Notes under the pieces: generated by a model
Databases searched by the model: none
What the model was told of the DNA's origin: nothing
Seen by the model: only the letters and a program-made list of their open reading frames with translations
Part shown: positions 10,635-23,118 of the stretch, in pieces
Layout of the letters: each line of letters opens with the position of its first letter
How positions within the stretch are numbered: position 1 is the first letter of the stretch
Assembly (NCBI GenBank): GCA_965200875.1
Contig: OZ241456.1
Location: forward strand, 782,588 to 846,587
Length of the DNA stretch: 64,000 bases
Source: Bdellovibrionales bacterium
GTDB lineage: Bacteria > Bdellovibrionota > Bdellovibrionia > Bdellovibrionales > UBA1609
Direction of reading: 5' to 3'
Program-made: the position numbers and the translations under genes

Positions 10635-11138
10635 ATGGCTACTCCTCTCGTAAAACAAGCTCAATATTTAAAAGAAAGTGGTTTCACTGAACAGCAGGCC
10701 AACGCACTTATTTACTTTCAAAAGGACAATATTGAAAGCGTAATGGCCACTAAAAAAGACATAGCTGATGTGAGACAAGAGATCGCAGAAGTCAAAAAAG
10801 AGATCGCAGAAGTCAAAAAAGAGATCGCAGAAGTCAAAAAAGAGATCGCAGAAGTCAAAAAAGACATAGTTGGTATGAAAAAAGAGATCGCGGATGTGAG
10901 AAAAGATATTGAGCAGTTGCGTGCCGACACCAAAAAAGAGATCGCGGATGTGAGAAAAGATATTGAGCAGTTGCGTGCCGACACTAAAAAAGACATAGCA
11001 GATGTGAGAAAAGATATTGAGCAGTTGCGTGCCGACACCAAAAAAGACCTTATTCTTCTAAAAAAAGATCTGACACTGAAGCTGGGGAGTATAATGGTGT
11101 TTGGTGTCACTATTTTGGGATTTTTAATCAAACTTTAA
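10635..11138 (+). CDS. tail-anchored coiled-coil protein (DUF1640-like) with internal tandem repeats
   Basis: 167 aa with heptad-like repeats and a C-terminal TM segment (IMVFGVTILGFLIKL). The N-terminal ESGFTEQQANALI resembles DUF1640. Confidence 0.6.
   Translation: MATPLVKQAQYLKESGFTEQQANALIYFQKDNIESVMATKKDIADVRQEIAEVKKEIAEVKKEIAEVKKEIAEVKKDIVGMKKEIADVRKDIEQLRADTKKEIADVRKDIEQLRADTKKDIADVRKDIEQLRADTKKDLILLKKDLTLKLGSIMVFGVTILGFLIKL
10779..10862 (+). repeat. 4 x 21-bp perfect tandem repeat (gagatcgcagaagtcaaaaaa, encodes EIAEVKK)
   Basis: Read directly from the sequence. Confidence 0.9.
10878..11039 (+). repeat. 3 x 54-bp near-perfect tandem repeat (encodes KKEIADVRKDIEQLRADT)
   Basis: Read directly from the sequence. 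Confidence 0.9.
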
Positions 11139-11214
11139 ATTTGTGCTGATTTAGTATTTCCTGAAATGGAAAATAAAAATATTAATATAAAGTCATCAAA
11201 AAAAGTTCTCGCCT

Positions 11215-12066
11215 ATGGAGACAAAAACCTCTTCTCTGAAAATTAAAACAAAAGAAGGTATCCAGTGTATCATACTTAACCGCCCTGAAAAGCGAAACGC
11301 GCTCAATCCAAAAATGATTGGTGAGCTTTTGTCTTTTTTTAAAAAACAACAATGGTCCTCTTCCACAAGGGTGATTATGTTGTCAGGGGAGGGAAAAGCT
11401 TTTTGTAGTGGAGCGGATTTAAAGTGGATGGCAGATGAATCTCTTTTCACCAGTGAAGAACTGGAAAACCTGTTTTCTTTGTTTGAAGCTATAACACTTT
11501 GTCCTTTGCCAGTAGTCACTTTGGTGCAGGGTTTTGCCGTGGGAGGAGGACTGGGTCTGTTATCTGTTTCGGATGTGGTTATTGCTGAGGAAAATACTCA
11601 ATTTCTTTTTAGTGAAACCAAATTAGGTCTTGTTCCTTCTATAATCAGCCCTTTTGTCTTAAAGAAAATTGGTTTATCTCAAGCAAAATTTTTAATGTTG
11701 AGTGCTTTACCTTTTTCTGCTCGACAGGCAAAGGAAATTGGTCTTATTCACTTTACCGGTTCTCAGGAAAAATGTGATGATTTTTCGGAAAAATTATTGA
11801 AACACTTTAAAGAGTTGGATGGTCCGGCTGTTTCCAAAACAAAAAAATGGCTTAATTTCCTTGGTTCTCTGCCTTTCTCCCGTGTAAATTATGCCAGATG
11901 GGAAAGTGCAGAACTTTCAGACAATCGGCTTTCGGATGAAGATTATAAATCACTAAAGTTTTCAAAAAAGAGAAGTTTAAAAACAGAAAGTGTTCGTATT
12001 ATCAGCTCAGCTCGAAAAAGCGAATCTGCACAACAAAGAATCAAAAAACTTATTAATGGCCATTAA
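11215..12066 (+). CDS. enoyl-CoA hydratase/isomerase family protein (methylglutaconyl-CoA hydratase-like)
   Basis: Crotonase motifs RPEKRNALN and GEGKAFCSGADLKWM are present. It sits between the carboxylase subunits. Confidence 0.85.
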   Translation: METKTSSLKIKTKEGIQCIILNRPEKRNALNPKMIGELLSFFKKQQWSSSTRVIMLSGEGKAFCSGADLKWMADESLFTSEELENLFSLFEAITLCPLPVVTLVQGFAVGGGLGLLSVSDVVIAEENTQFLFSETKLGLVPSIISPFVLKKIGLSQAKFLMLSALPFSARQAKEIGLIHFTGSQEKCDDFSEKLLKHFKELDGPAVSKTKKWLNFLGSLPFSRVNYARWESAELSDNRLSDEDYKSLKFSKKRSLKTESVRIISSARKSESAQQRIKKLINGH

Positions 12067-12101
12067 AGAATATACGGGAGCTAAACCAAGGGTAGTATAA
12101 T

Positions 12102-13625
12102 ATGTACAAAACAATAAAAAAAATAGCTATTCCCAACAGAGGGGAGATAGCAGTCAGGTTGATTGCCACCTGTCGGGAGATGGGTATCGAACCAATACTG
12201 CTCTATTCTTCTGTAGATCAAAATAGTTTAGCTTATCGGCTAAGTTCCAAGAAAATCTGCATTGGTCCGGCAGAATCCCGGCAAAGTTATTTGAATATCC
12301 GTGCTGTAATAGAAGGTGCTCTGAGTACCGGTGCGGACGCTATTCATCCGGGTTATGGTTTTTTATCTGAAAAAGTGGAATTAGCCAAAGCCTGCCGTGA
12401 AAACAATATTATTTTTATTGGACCTCCTGAAAATTGCTTGGAAATTTTTGGAGATAAAGTGCGTGCGCGTAAACAAGCTATAAAACTCGGTCTTCCCGTG
12501 CTTCCTGCCTGTACCGTTTCCGTTACAGAAAAACCGCGAGCTTCTGCTGACCACTCTTCTACAGACAAAATGTTATTGCAATCAGCTCATAAAATAGGTT
12601 TTCCCGTGATGATTAAAGCCGTGGGAGGAGGAGGAGGAAGAGGGCTTAGAGTTGTTCATTCTGAAGAGGAGTGGGAAGAGGCTTTTTCCTCCGCTCAAAG
12701 AGAAGCAGGTTCCTCTTTTGGTTTATCAGAAGTTTTTATTGAAAAATATCTTCCTTTTGCTCGCCATATAGAAGTACAGGTTTTCGGAGATATATTGGGA
12801 AGGGTGTTTCATTTGTTTGAAAGAGATTGTTCTCTTCAAAGGAAGCATCAAAAAGTGATAGAGGAAGCACCAGCTTTACTGCCTGATTCCATTAAACAGG
12901 AAATGAGTTTAGCGGCCGTGGAGCTTTTGCAATCAGTGGGTTATGTGCAAGCTGGCACAGTGGAGTTTTTGTATCACGAAGAAAAATTTTATTTCATGGA
13001 AGTGAACCCCCGTATTCAGGTGGAATGCCCTGTGACGGAAATGATACTGGGAATAGATCTTATAAAGGCGCAAATTTTAACAGCTCAGGGTCAAGCACCT
13101 TTTATACAGAAGGAGCTTAAGCCCCGTGGACATAGCATCCAGTGTCGCTTGTATGCGGAGGATATGCAAAAACAAATACCAGTGTTTGGTTCTTTGGCGG
13201 GCTGTCATTTTCCACAAGGGGTAAACCGACGCTTTGATATGGGTTATGAATCAGGAGATATTGTTCCTGGGTTTTACGATGCTATGTTGGGGAAGCTGAT
13301 TGTATGGGAAGAAAACCGCGCACGGGGGATAGAAAAAATGAAACAAGCCCTTGGTGAGACGATTATTTTTGGTTTAAAAACCAATCTTTCTTTTTTACAG
13401 GATATTCTTTTTCACGAAAAGTTTGTCACGGGAAACACTCACACACGATTTTTAGAGGAGGAGTTTTTAAAATTATGGAAGGAAGAAGAAGTGGAATCCG
13501 TGAATCCAGAAATTCTTTCTCATATTCGCCGTGTTATTTCCAATCGTAAAAGCTTGGACAATTTAGAGGAAAACCAATGGGAATCTGCAAACATTTTTAA
13601 TCCTTGGACTCATTTCAAAAAATAA
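12102..13625 (+). CDS. biotin carboxylase subunit of an acyl-CoA carboxylase (no BCCP domain)
   Basis: 507 aa. Motifs IAIPNRGEIA, HPGYGFLSE, GGGGGRGLRVV and MEVNPRIQVE are present. There is no AMKM biotinylation motif. Confidence 0.9.
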   Translation: MYKTIKKIAIPNRGEIAVRLIATCREMGIEPILLYSSVDQNSLAYRLSSKKICIGPAESRQSYLNIRAVIEGALSTGADAIHPGYGFLSEKVELAKACRENNIIFIGPPENCLEIFGDKVRARKQAIKLGLPVLPACTVSVTEKPRASADHSSTDKMLLQSAHKIGFPVMIKAVGGGGGRGLRVVHSEEEWEEAFSSAQREAGSSFGLSEVFIEKYLPFARHIEVQVFGDILGRVFHLFERDCSLQRKHQKVIEEAPALLPDSIKQEMSLAAVELLQSVGYVQAGTVEFLYHEEKFYFMEVNPRIQVECPVTEMILGIDLIKAQILTAQGQAPFIQKELKPRGHSIQCRLYAEDMQKQIPVFGSLAGCHFPQGVNRRFDMGYESGDIVPGFYDAMLGKLIVWEENRARGIEKMKQALGETIIFGLKTNLSFLQDILFHEKFVTGNTHTRFLEEEFLKLWKEEEVESVNPEILSHIRRVISNRKSLDNLEENQWESANIFNPWTHFKK

Positions 13626-13666
13626 ATAGTCGCCCGTGAAAACGGGAATCTTGTTGGTGGAGGAGG

Positions 13667-16189
13667 TTATGGGCTGTTGTCATGCAGATGGATCTGCTTG
13701 AGTAATTTCCTGATATTGCTGTTTTTTTTGGAGTTTGGTAATTCACTATTGTTTTTTGAACTGTGTGTTTCTTGGTTTTTGAAATGAGTCCTAGCATAAT
13801 TGCCAGATTGATTTTTGTGAATATACTGGCTGAGTTGTCTGTTGAGTTTTTGCAGACTGACGATTTGTTGTTGTTGTTGTTCCATTTTTGGTCCTTGGTT
13901 TTCCCAAAGGACTTTCAGTTTGTTATTATGTTGTCTGAGAGTTTTATTGTCCTCTCTGAGTTTTTGAAGCTCTTCTGTGTTAGTTGTGGATTCCAATTGC
14001 ATATTAATAATTTTGAGATTTTTCAGTTCTCTTTCAGACTGAAGTTCCAAGAGCACTTTTTGTAGACTTTGAATTTCATTATTATTTTTCTTATTTTCTG
14101 CAATAGATTTTCTTTTTTCAGCCAATAGCTCATTTTCCATTTCCACACGCAGATGGTGTATCTGATTATCATGTTCTTCCTTCAGCTCCATAATTCGCTC
14201 ATCCAGCTGAGAGGATTTTTCATAAAATTCATCATCTTGTTTTTCTTTCAGTGCTTTTAACTCCTGTTCCTGTTTTTCTTTAATACTGGAAGTAAGATTT
14301 TTATAATATTGCTCCATTTTGGCAAGAGTTGATTCTTTTTCGTTTATTAGACTTAATTTTTCTTTTTCAAAAATTTGATTGAGTTTCTTTTGAGTGTCTT
14401 GCTCATAATCCGCATAATTTTGACTCCAATTTTCCACTTCATTTTTCAGTTCGAAAATCACTTTTTCTTTTTCCATAATGAGTTTTTCATCTTTTGCTTT
14501 ATCCTCTTTTGATTTCTGTTCCTGTTCTCTTTGTATTTGTTCGATTCTTTGATTTTGTTCGTGTATCAGCTTTTGAGTATTCAACGCGTGTATACGACAC
14601 TGTTCCTCTTTTTCCTGTTTTAATTTTTCTACAATCTGTTTTTTTTCTTCTTTATGATTATTAGTGCTTTTTTCAAAATCTTTTGTGATTTTTTGGATTT
14701 CTTCTTCATACTCTCTTTTTGCGCTCAGTTCTTTGTTTTTAAAAATCTGGGCAAGATGATTTTTTTGCTCTTCATACTGGTCCGTCAATTTTTTTATTAT
14801 CTGGTTTTTTTTTCTGATAACCTTAGTGATTCTGTTGTGCCATTTTTCCTTTAATCTTTTGTACTTGCAGGATATTGTGTCAGCTTGGTTGGTAATTTGT
14901 TTTTGTTTTTCTTCATGTTCTTTTAATTCTTTCAGATGTTGTTTCTTTATTTTTCTTATATCCTGCTCCTGATTTTCTTTTAGTGTTTGTTCAGATTTTT
15001 CATATTTATCAGTGAGTTTTTGGATTTGTTTTGTATATTCTTTCTTTAAATCTTCTTTTTCTTTTGCGATATTGGTTATGTCGTGTTCATGCTTTTGTTT
15101 CACTTGTGATTCAGTTTTTTTGTTTTCAATACAGAGCTGATGAATTTTATTGAGATATTTTTGTGTCTCGGCTACATGGTTTTTTTGTAGTTCTTGTAGA
15201 GATTTTTTGTGTTTATCAGTGAGTTGTTGAGTTTCTTCTTGGTGTTTTTTTTCCATACTTTTGTGATTTTTTATCATCTGTAATTCTATTTTTTCATGCT
15301 TGGCTGTCATCTGTTGATTTTGTTTTTTTAAATGTTTTATCTGAGATAAATATTTTTTCTCATTAAAGTTCAGGGATTCTTTCAAATTTTGGATATCATC
15401 TTTATAATATTCGCTGAGGGATTTTTTAAAAGTTTCCAGTTCTGTTTTATGATATTTGTTTTGTTTTTTGTTTAATTGATTTAACTTGTTGATTTCCAGA
15501 GAGTATTTCTGACTTGTGGAATGAAATCGGATATGCTTCTCTTTTATCTGGCTGTTTTCTTTTAAAAGGGCTGTTAGTTTTCCCACTATATGACGATTCA
15601 AACCAAGTAAATGTTTTCTTTCTGTTTCCGAGATTTTTAGATTGTTTTTTATAGAGTCAAAAGTTTGTTTTAGTGCTGTTAACTCTTGTGAATTATGTTG
15701 CAGGGTTTGAATAAAACGGGAGTTATTTTGCAATATACTTTCATGTTTTTCTTTTAGAATCAGAAATTGATCCTGTAGAAAAATATTTTTATCCGAAAGT
15801 TGTTGGTTTAAAGTTGACATAGCGCGCGATTTTGACTCTATAAAAGAGTTTTTTCTTAATGTTGCGGAAAGATAACTCATCAGATCTTCATTTTCTTCTA
15901 AGTCTGTGCTTGATTTTTCCGTGGATTCTCGAATGGACTGGAATGATGAAATTTCTTTTGGTGATGTGTTTGGCGGTTTGGTTTTTAGAGTAGTTTCTAC
16001 CCTAGAAACAGATGTTTTTTGGTTTTTTGTGGAAGGTACAGGAATTTTTTCCACTTCCTCCCAGTTTGTGTCATCCTCAGACGGATGTCTTGGGTAATAA
16101 GAGTCCATTCTTTGCCCCTTTAGGTGTTTATCGTCTATGATTATGAAAATCTTTTCAGTGCTGTAAATATTTGTCAAAACAAAAGACAT
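13667..16189 (-). CDS. large K/E/Q-rich coiled-coil protein
   Basis: 840-aa uninterrupted ORF with almost wholly charged helical composition. The antisense ORFs are artefacts. Confidence 0.65.
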   Translation of the reverse strand: MSFVLTNIYSTEKIFIIIDDKHLKGQRMDSYYPRHPSEDDTNWEEVEKIPVPSTKNQKTSVSRVETTLKTKPPNTSPKEISSFQSIRESTEKSSTDLEENEDLMSYLSATLRKNSFIESKSRAMSTLNQQLSDKNIFLQDQFLILKEKHESILQNNSRFIQTLQHNSQELTALKQTFDSIKNNLKISETERKHLLGLNRHIVGKLTALLKENSQIKEKHIRFHSTSQKYSLEINKLNQLNKKQNKYHKTELETFKKSLSEYYKDDIQNLKESLNFNEKKYLSQIKHLKKQNQQMTAKHEKIELQMIKNHKSMEKKHQEETQQLTDKHKKSLQELQKNHVAETQKYLNKIHQLCIENKKTESQVKQKHEHDITNIAKEKEDLKKEYTKQIQKLTDKYEKSEQTLKENQEQDIRKIKKQHLKELKEHEEKQKQITNQADTISCKYKRLKEKWHNRITKVIRKKNQIIKKLTDQYEEQKNHLAQIFKNKELSAKREYEEEIQKITKDFEKSTNNHKEEKKQIVEKLKQEKEEQCRIHALNTQKLIHEQNQRIEQIQREQEQKSKEDKAKDEKLIMEKEKVIFELKNEVENWSQNYADYEQDTQKKLNQIFEKEKLSLINEKESTLAKMEQYYKNLTSSIKEKQEQELKALKEKQDDEFYEKSSQLDERIMELKEEHDNQIHHLRVEMENELLAEKRKSIAENKKNNNEIQSLQKVLLELQSERELKNLKIINMQLESTTNTEELQKLREDNKTLRQHNNKLKVLWENQGPKMEQQQQQIVSLQKLNRQLSQYIHKNQSGNYARTHFKNQETHSSKNNSELPNSKKNSNIRKLLKQIHLHDNSP

Positions 16190-16444
16190 ATTTTTTATAC
16201 TGTGCGTAATAACCTCTTCAGAGAAAAATATATAAAAATCAAGTTATTTCAATGCTTTAGAATTTATTTCGGATTGACGGTGAAATGTCAAAAATCTTTT
16301 TGAGCCAGAGAATTATTTGGCCCGGAAAGATTTTATATTTTTCTTATTTTTAAGCTTGCTTTTTAGTCTTATAGTTGTTTATCATTGTTTCCCCTGTATA
16401 GTAAAACTTTACAGGATCGCCCTTTATTATTGTTCAAAAGGGCA

Positions 16445-16457
16445 AGTTCTTTGACAA
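16445..16457 (+). promoter_or_regulatory. boxA-like antitermination element in the 23S leader
   Basis: agttctttgacaa matches 10/13 of the E. coli boxA TGCTCTTTAACAA (recalled from memory). It lies about 190 nt upstream of 23S. Confidence 0.3.
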
Positions 16458-16643
16458 CTGAATATTATTAGAGTGCTTGTGTTGTCTGTTTCGCTGGGGC
16501 GAAATAGGCGTATTTGCTTTTTTTTAGCAGATGAAATACAAGCATAAAGTAACTCACATTTTTATAAATTTGTTCTTAAATTTTTAGAGCAAAAAAGAGT
16601 CTGAACTGAAATCATTCTTAGCAATTTCAGTCAGTTTTATTTT

Positions 16644-19632
<2,989 letters not shown>

Positions 19633-19654
19633 AACATTTTTCTGACTGAACGCT

Positions 19655-19711
19655 GTCATTCCCACGAAAGCATTGTTTCCGTGAAAGCGGGGGCAGAGCG
19701 AGCGGGAATCC
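19655..19711. repeat. palindromic repeat copy (gtcattccc...cgggaatcc arms with about 40-nt filler) in the 23S-5S spacer
   Basis: The arms are read directly and belong to the same family as the copies at 26.7, 31.5, 33, 34, 37.7, 38.2, 40.1 and 49.1 kb. Confidence 0.7.
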
Positions 19712-19804
19712 AGTAGTTTTAACGGAGAGATCATTTAGGTTTCTCCGGTCTTTGTTACACAAGGATTTTTTAGCTAAGAATGTTTTGAGTTACAGATAAA
19801 ATCA

Positions 19805-19826
19805 TCATTCCCGCTTTGAGCGGGAA
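19805..19826. repeat. palindromic repeat copy (tcattcccgctttgagcgggaac) in the 23S-5S spacer
   Basis: Read directly from the sequence. Confidence 0.7.
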
Positions 19827-19842
19827 CTTGTAAAAAGGAGAT

Positions 19843-19958
19843 GCTGGTGTCAATAGCGACGGGGCCACACCTGTTCCCATCCCGAACACAGAAGTTAAGC
19901 CCGTCAGCGGCGATGGTACTTGAGGGTTGACCCTCTGGGAGAGTAGCACGATACCAGC
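19843..19958 (+). rRNA. rrf: 5S ribosomal RNA
   Basis: 116 nt. It contains the conserved ccgaacacagaagttaagc loop and has paired termini gctggtgt/ataccagc followed by a T-run. Confidence 0.9.
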
Positions 19959-20170
19959 TTTTTTTATTGATACTTTAGAATTTTAAAATAATCTAATTAA
20001 CGGCCCATGAAAAACTCTGATTTTAAGTATTCTGCATGCAAAATTTTAAGGCTTGTCCAAGACTTCCATGCGCTTTGCCTCTCTCCACTGTGGTTTTGTT
20101 CATTCCACAAGTAACGGGGTTTTTTACGAGCAACTGTAACAGAATAAATCATTGACTTATAAAAATATAT

Positions 20171-21415
20171 GTGGACATCATAAAAAATACCATGTTTACA
20201 ATAGATCTTACTTCTAAAACTTACTTTCCAAAATCCAAAAACAACCACCCGGATCAATTAAGTTTTTGTGGTTCAGATTTTTCGCCGGTTATTGTAACAG
20301 AAGGCATCAAATACAGTGGATCGAAGCTAAAGCTTTTACCTCACATTCTTTCTTTAATTAAAAGCTTGCCCGTGAAACAGGTGTTTGACGGGTTTGCAGG
20401 AACAACAAGAGTAAGTCAAGCTTTAGCAAAAAGTGGGTATCAGGTTATATCAAACGATATGGCTATTTGGTCAAAAGTTTTTGCAGAATGTTACTTAAAA
20501 GGAAGTGTTACAGATGAATTGCAGGAAAAAATAAACTATCTGAACAGTTTAAAAGGCCGTGAGGGCTGGTTTACAAAACACTATGGTGGGGAGGTTCAAG
20601 GTGGTTTAGCTGTGCAGTCTGATGGAAAGAAAAGGGTCTGGCAAATTCATAATACAAAAAAATTGGATAACATCCGTCCAGCGATAGACAAAATCGCAGA
20701 AAATCAAATTGAAAAATCCATTTTGCTCACAAGTCTTATTTTGGCTTTGGATAAGGTGGATAACACTTTGGGGCACTATGTTTCTTATTTAAGAAAGTGG
20801 TCGCCCCGTTCTTTTAATAAAATTCAACTTAAAATGCCTTTGATAGAAAAGAGCAAAGGCCCTCATCGGGTTATGAATGAGGATGTTTTTAAAGCACAGG
20901 CTAAAGTTAAACCAGATCTTTCTTATTTTGATCCCCCTTATGGTTCTAATAACGAAAAGATGCCTCCTTCCCGTGTTCGCTATGCTGGTTATTATCATAT
21001 TTGGAAAACAGTGATTTTAAATGATGCTCCAGATCTTTCAGGCAAAACAAATCGCAGGACAGATTGCAAAGACCTTACAACCAGTTCTTTATTTGAGGAA
21101 TTTCGTAAAGATAAGGAAGGCCGGTTTATAGCTCTTAAAGCTATTGAGAAGTTGATTAAAGAATGTCCGTCTCATTATATTTTGCTTTCTTACAGTAATG
21201 GGGGTCGAGCTACAAAAGAAGGTATCTTTGAAGTGATTCAGAATTACTGCTCTAAAGTGCAGATGTTTTCCATTGATTACAAGAGAAATGTTATGTCCAA
21301 TATGCGTTGGACAAATAATTGGATCAAAGAAAAAGAGGGGCAACATACAGAGTTTTTATTTTTAATGAAAAAAAAGGCAGAACATAGAAATGAAAAATCA
21401 GAAACATTATATTGA
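20171..21415 (+). CDS. D12-class N6-adenine DNA methyltransferase (solitary)
   Basis: Motifs YSGSKLKLLPHI, FDGFAGTTRV (motif I) and YFDPPYGS (motif IV) are present, with C-terminal LLSYSNGG. No adjacent nuclease. Confidence 0.7.
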   Translation: MDIIKNTMFTIDLTSKTYFPKSKNNHPDQLSFCGSDFSPVIVTEGIKYSGSKLKLLPHILSLIKSLPVKQVFDGFAGTTRVSQALAKSGYQVISNDMAIWSKVFAECYLKGSVTDELQEKINYLNSLKGREGWFTKHYGGEVQGGLAVQSDGKKRVWQIHNTKKLDNIRPAIDKIAENQIEKSILLTSLILALDKVDNTLGHYVSYLRKWSPRSFNKIQLKMPLIEKSKGPHRVMNEDVFKAQAKVKPDLSYFDPPYGSNNEKMPPSRVRYAGYYHIWKTVILNDAPDLSGKTNRRTDCKDLTTSSLFEEFRKDKEGRFIALKAIEKLIKECPSHYILLSYSNGGRATKEGIFEVIQNYCSKVQMFSIDYKRNVMSNMRWTNNWIKEKEGQHTEFLFLMKKKAEHRNEKSETLY

Positions 21416-21420
21416 TTTTT

Positions 21421-21957
21421 TTACTGGCTATTGTTGTCCTCACAGTTAAATTTCTCTTCCCATTTCATTCTTAAAAATTCCGTGGGGAGAAGACGAAAAA
21501 GTTTACTTGCCTCGGAGTGGTTGTTCACAAAATATTGATTCTCTCCGATTTGCACCATAATATTTTGTATCGTTTTATTTTCAGTTTTTGTTTTTAAGAT
21601 GTTTTTCTGTATCATTTCTTGAATCTGAGTCTCTGTTTCTTCATTAAATCTATCTATTATATGAGCATTACATGGTTCTCTTTTCAAACTTAAATCTAGC
21701 TTGTATCCTTTAATGGCTATCCCTTGGTTACTGTAGGTGACAGTAAAGGATTTTAAGGGTGTGTTCACTGTAAAAATTTGACTGTTTGACGCAGGTAATG
21801 TGTTTTCTGTATTTTCTCTTTCTGCGTAATCCGCGACTTTTCGTTTTATATGTCGAAATTTTTGATCAGGTGATTTTTTAGTAGTTTTTTTGGAAACAGC
21901 TGGAACTCCTGCTCCCATAAGCACTACAAGCACAAACACATAAACACATAGTTTCAT
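21421..21957 (-). CDS. secreted protein of unknown function
   Basis: 178 aa with signal peptide MKLCVYVFVLVVLMGAGVPA. An SD aaggagga lies upstream. Confidence 0.55.
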   Translation of the reverse strand: MKLCVYVFVLVVLMGAGVPAVSKKTTKKSPDQKFRHIKRKVADYAERENTENTLPASNSQIFTVNTPLKSFTVTYSNQGIAIKGYKLDLSLKREPCNAHIIDRFNEETETQIQEMIQKNILKTKTENKTIQNIMVQIGENQYFVNNHSEASKLFRLLPTEFLRMKWEEKFNCEDNNSQ

Positions 21958-21976
21958 AATATCCTCCTTAGTTTAG

Positions 21977-22029
21977 ACAGCTGGAACTCCTGCTTCCACA
22001 AGCACATAGTTTCATAATATCCGCCTTAT
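21977..22029 (-). repeat. partial duplication of the RBS/start/signal-peptide region of the gene at 21421-21957
   Basis: acagctggaactcctgc..catagtttcataatatcc is repeated from 21896-21970. The copy encodes a 15-codon uORF, MKLCACGSRSSSCLN. Confidence 0.7.
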
Positions 22030-22133
22030 TTAGCTATATTACACTCTTTAGCTTTTTTTAACAAATATATTTCTCTGAAAAAAGCTATCTGATCACTTTT
22101 TTCTCCTACAAGGTGAGTGGTTTATCCATTAAA

Positions 22134-23069
22134 CTACTGAACACTGGGCATTGGAGTATTAAGGTCATTTTTTATTGCACCACCATATCCACTCGCACCA
22201 CCATCGGATCTATTCGTATTGTTTTTTTTGATTTCCACGCAAGGCTCAAAATTAATCTTGTCTTTGTTCATTTCAATCACCTGTTTACAGGCAGGAGAGA
22301 GCTTTTTCCCTTTATGGATAGCCTCCATTAAGACCCTCAGAAAGGTAGGTGGATGTTTTTTTGAGTTATCAAAAACAGTTAGATCTTTATATTGTATTGG
22401 TTCATTATTACGAACCCTTTTAGTTTCTAACAATGCACAATATGTTATATTTCCCGGTGAAGTGAAATAGGAAATTAAATCAGCCATTCCCTCTTCTGTT
22501 TGTCGTTTATCACCTGGATACCTACTTGATGTTGTCTCATCATCTGTATAACGATTTTGAACACATCGTCTTAACTCTATATCATATTTCATCTGACTTT
22601 CCCCACTCAGTCTAAAAGATGCCATCAGAAAACTAAGAACATGTGCTAATTCATGTGAAAAAATACTTTCTCCATACTCCTCATGAAACTGACAGCTGAA
22701 AAAAGATATGCTCACCGTTGGCTGTTGTTTGTTCTCCGATGTAAAGTATGATACTTTATCAGATATTTGAAACATACGAAAAAAATGGCAGACATTAATA
22801 AAAGGTAGCTCGTAACTTTCGACAACCTCCTTCCCTTCCAATTTTTTTTGGATGAATGTTTTAGGCTCTTCAGGAAAATCAAATTCTATTTGCTCTACAT
22901 AGTCATTGAATCGAGATCTGGATAGTTGGCTGTATTCCGAAAAAACATTGTTCATAAATTGCTCTATGTATTGATTTTTGTTTTCTTTAAAATCCTTTAC
23001 TTTATCATAAAGTAAACTATCCGTAACAAACTGAGCTTTACACCTGTTTAAGCTTCGGCGTATCTGCAT
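22134..23069 (-). CDS. putative zinc metalloprotease domain (HExxH), lacks its own signal peptide and RBS
   Basis: 311 aa with the HELAH motif in IFSHELAHVLSF. The frame stays open upstream as far as the poly-C tract at 23140-23154. Confidence 0.6.
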   Translation of the reverse strand: MQIRRSLNRCKAQFVTDSLLYDKVKDFKENKNQYIEQFMNNVFSEYSQLSRSRFNDYVEQIEFDFPEEPKTFIQKKLEGKEVVESYELPFINVCHFFRMFQISDKVSYFTSENKQQPTVSISFFSCQFHEEYGESIFSHELAHVLSFLMASFRLSGESQMKYDIELRRCVQNRYTDDETTSSRYPGDKRQTEEGMADLISYFTSPGNITYCALLETKRVRNNEPIQYKDLTVFDNSKKHPPTFLRVLMEAIHKGKKLSPACKQVIEMNKDKINFEPCVEIKKNNTNRSDGGASGYGGAIKNDLNTPMPSVQ

Positions 23070-23118
23070 GGTGGAATTATTTAAAGCGTTTTCCCATTTA
23101 TCCTTAATAGAGTTTAGG

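Noticed and set aside
10718-11131. Antisense ORF across the coiled-coil repeat gene, with similar antisense or off-frame ORFs at 30990-31394, 49621-50240 and 51323-51718
   Set aside because: They arise because tandem repeats keep several frames open. The sense-frame products have coherent N- and C-terminal non-repeat regions, whereas these do not.
16451-16456. TTGACA as the -35 box of the 23S promoter
   Set aside because: No acceptable -10 hexamer lies at 16-19 nt spacing. The hexamer sits inside a boxA-like 13-mer, so it was scored as an antitermination element instead, at low confidence.
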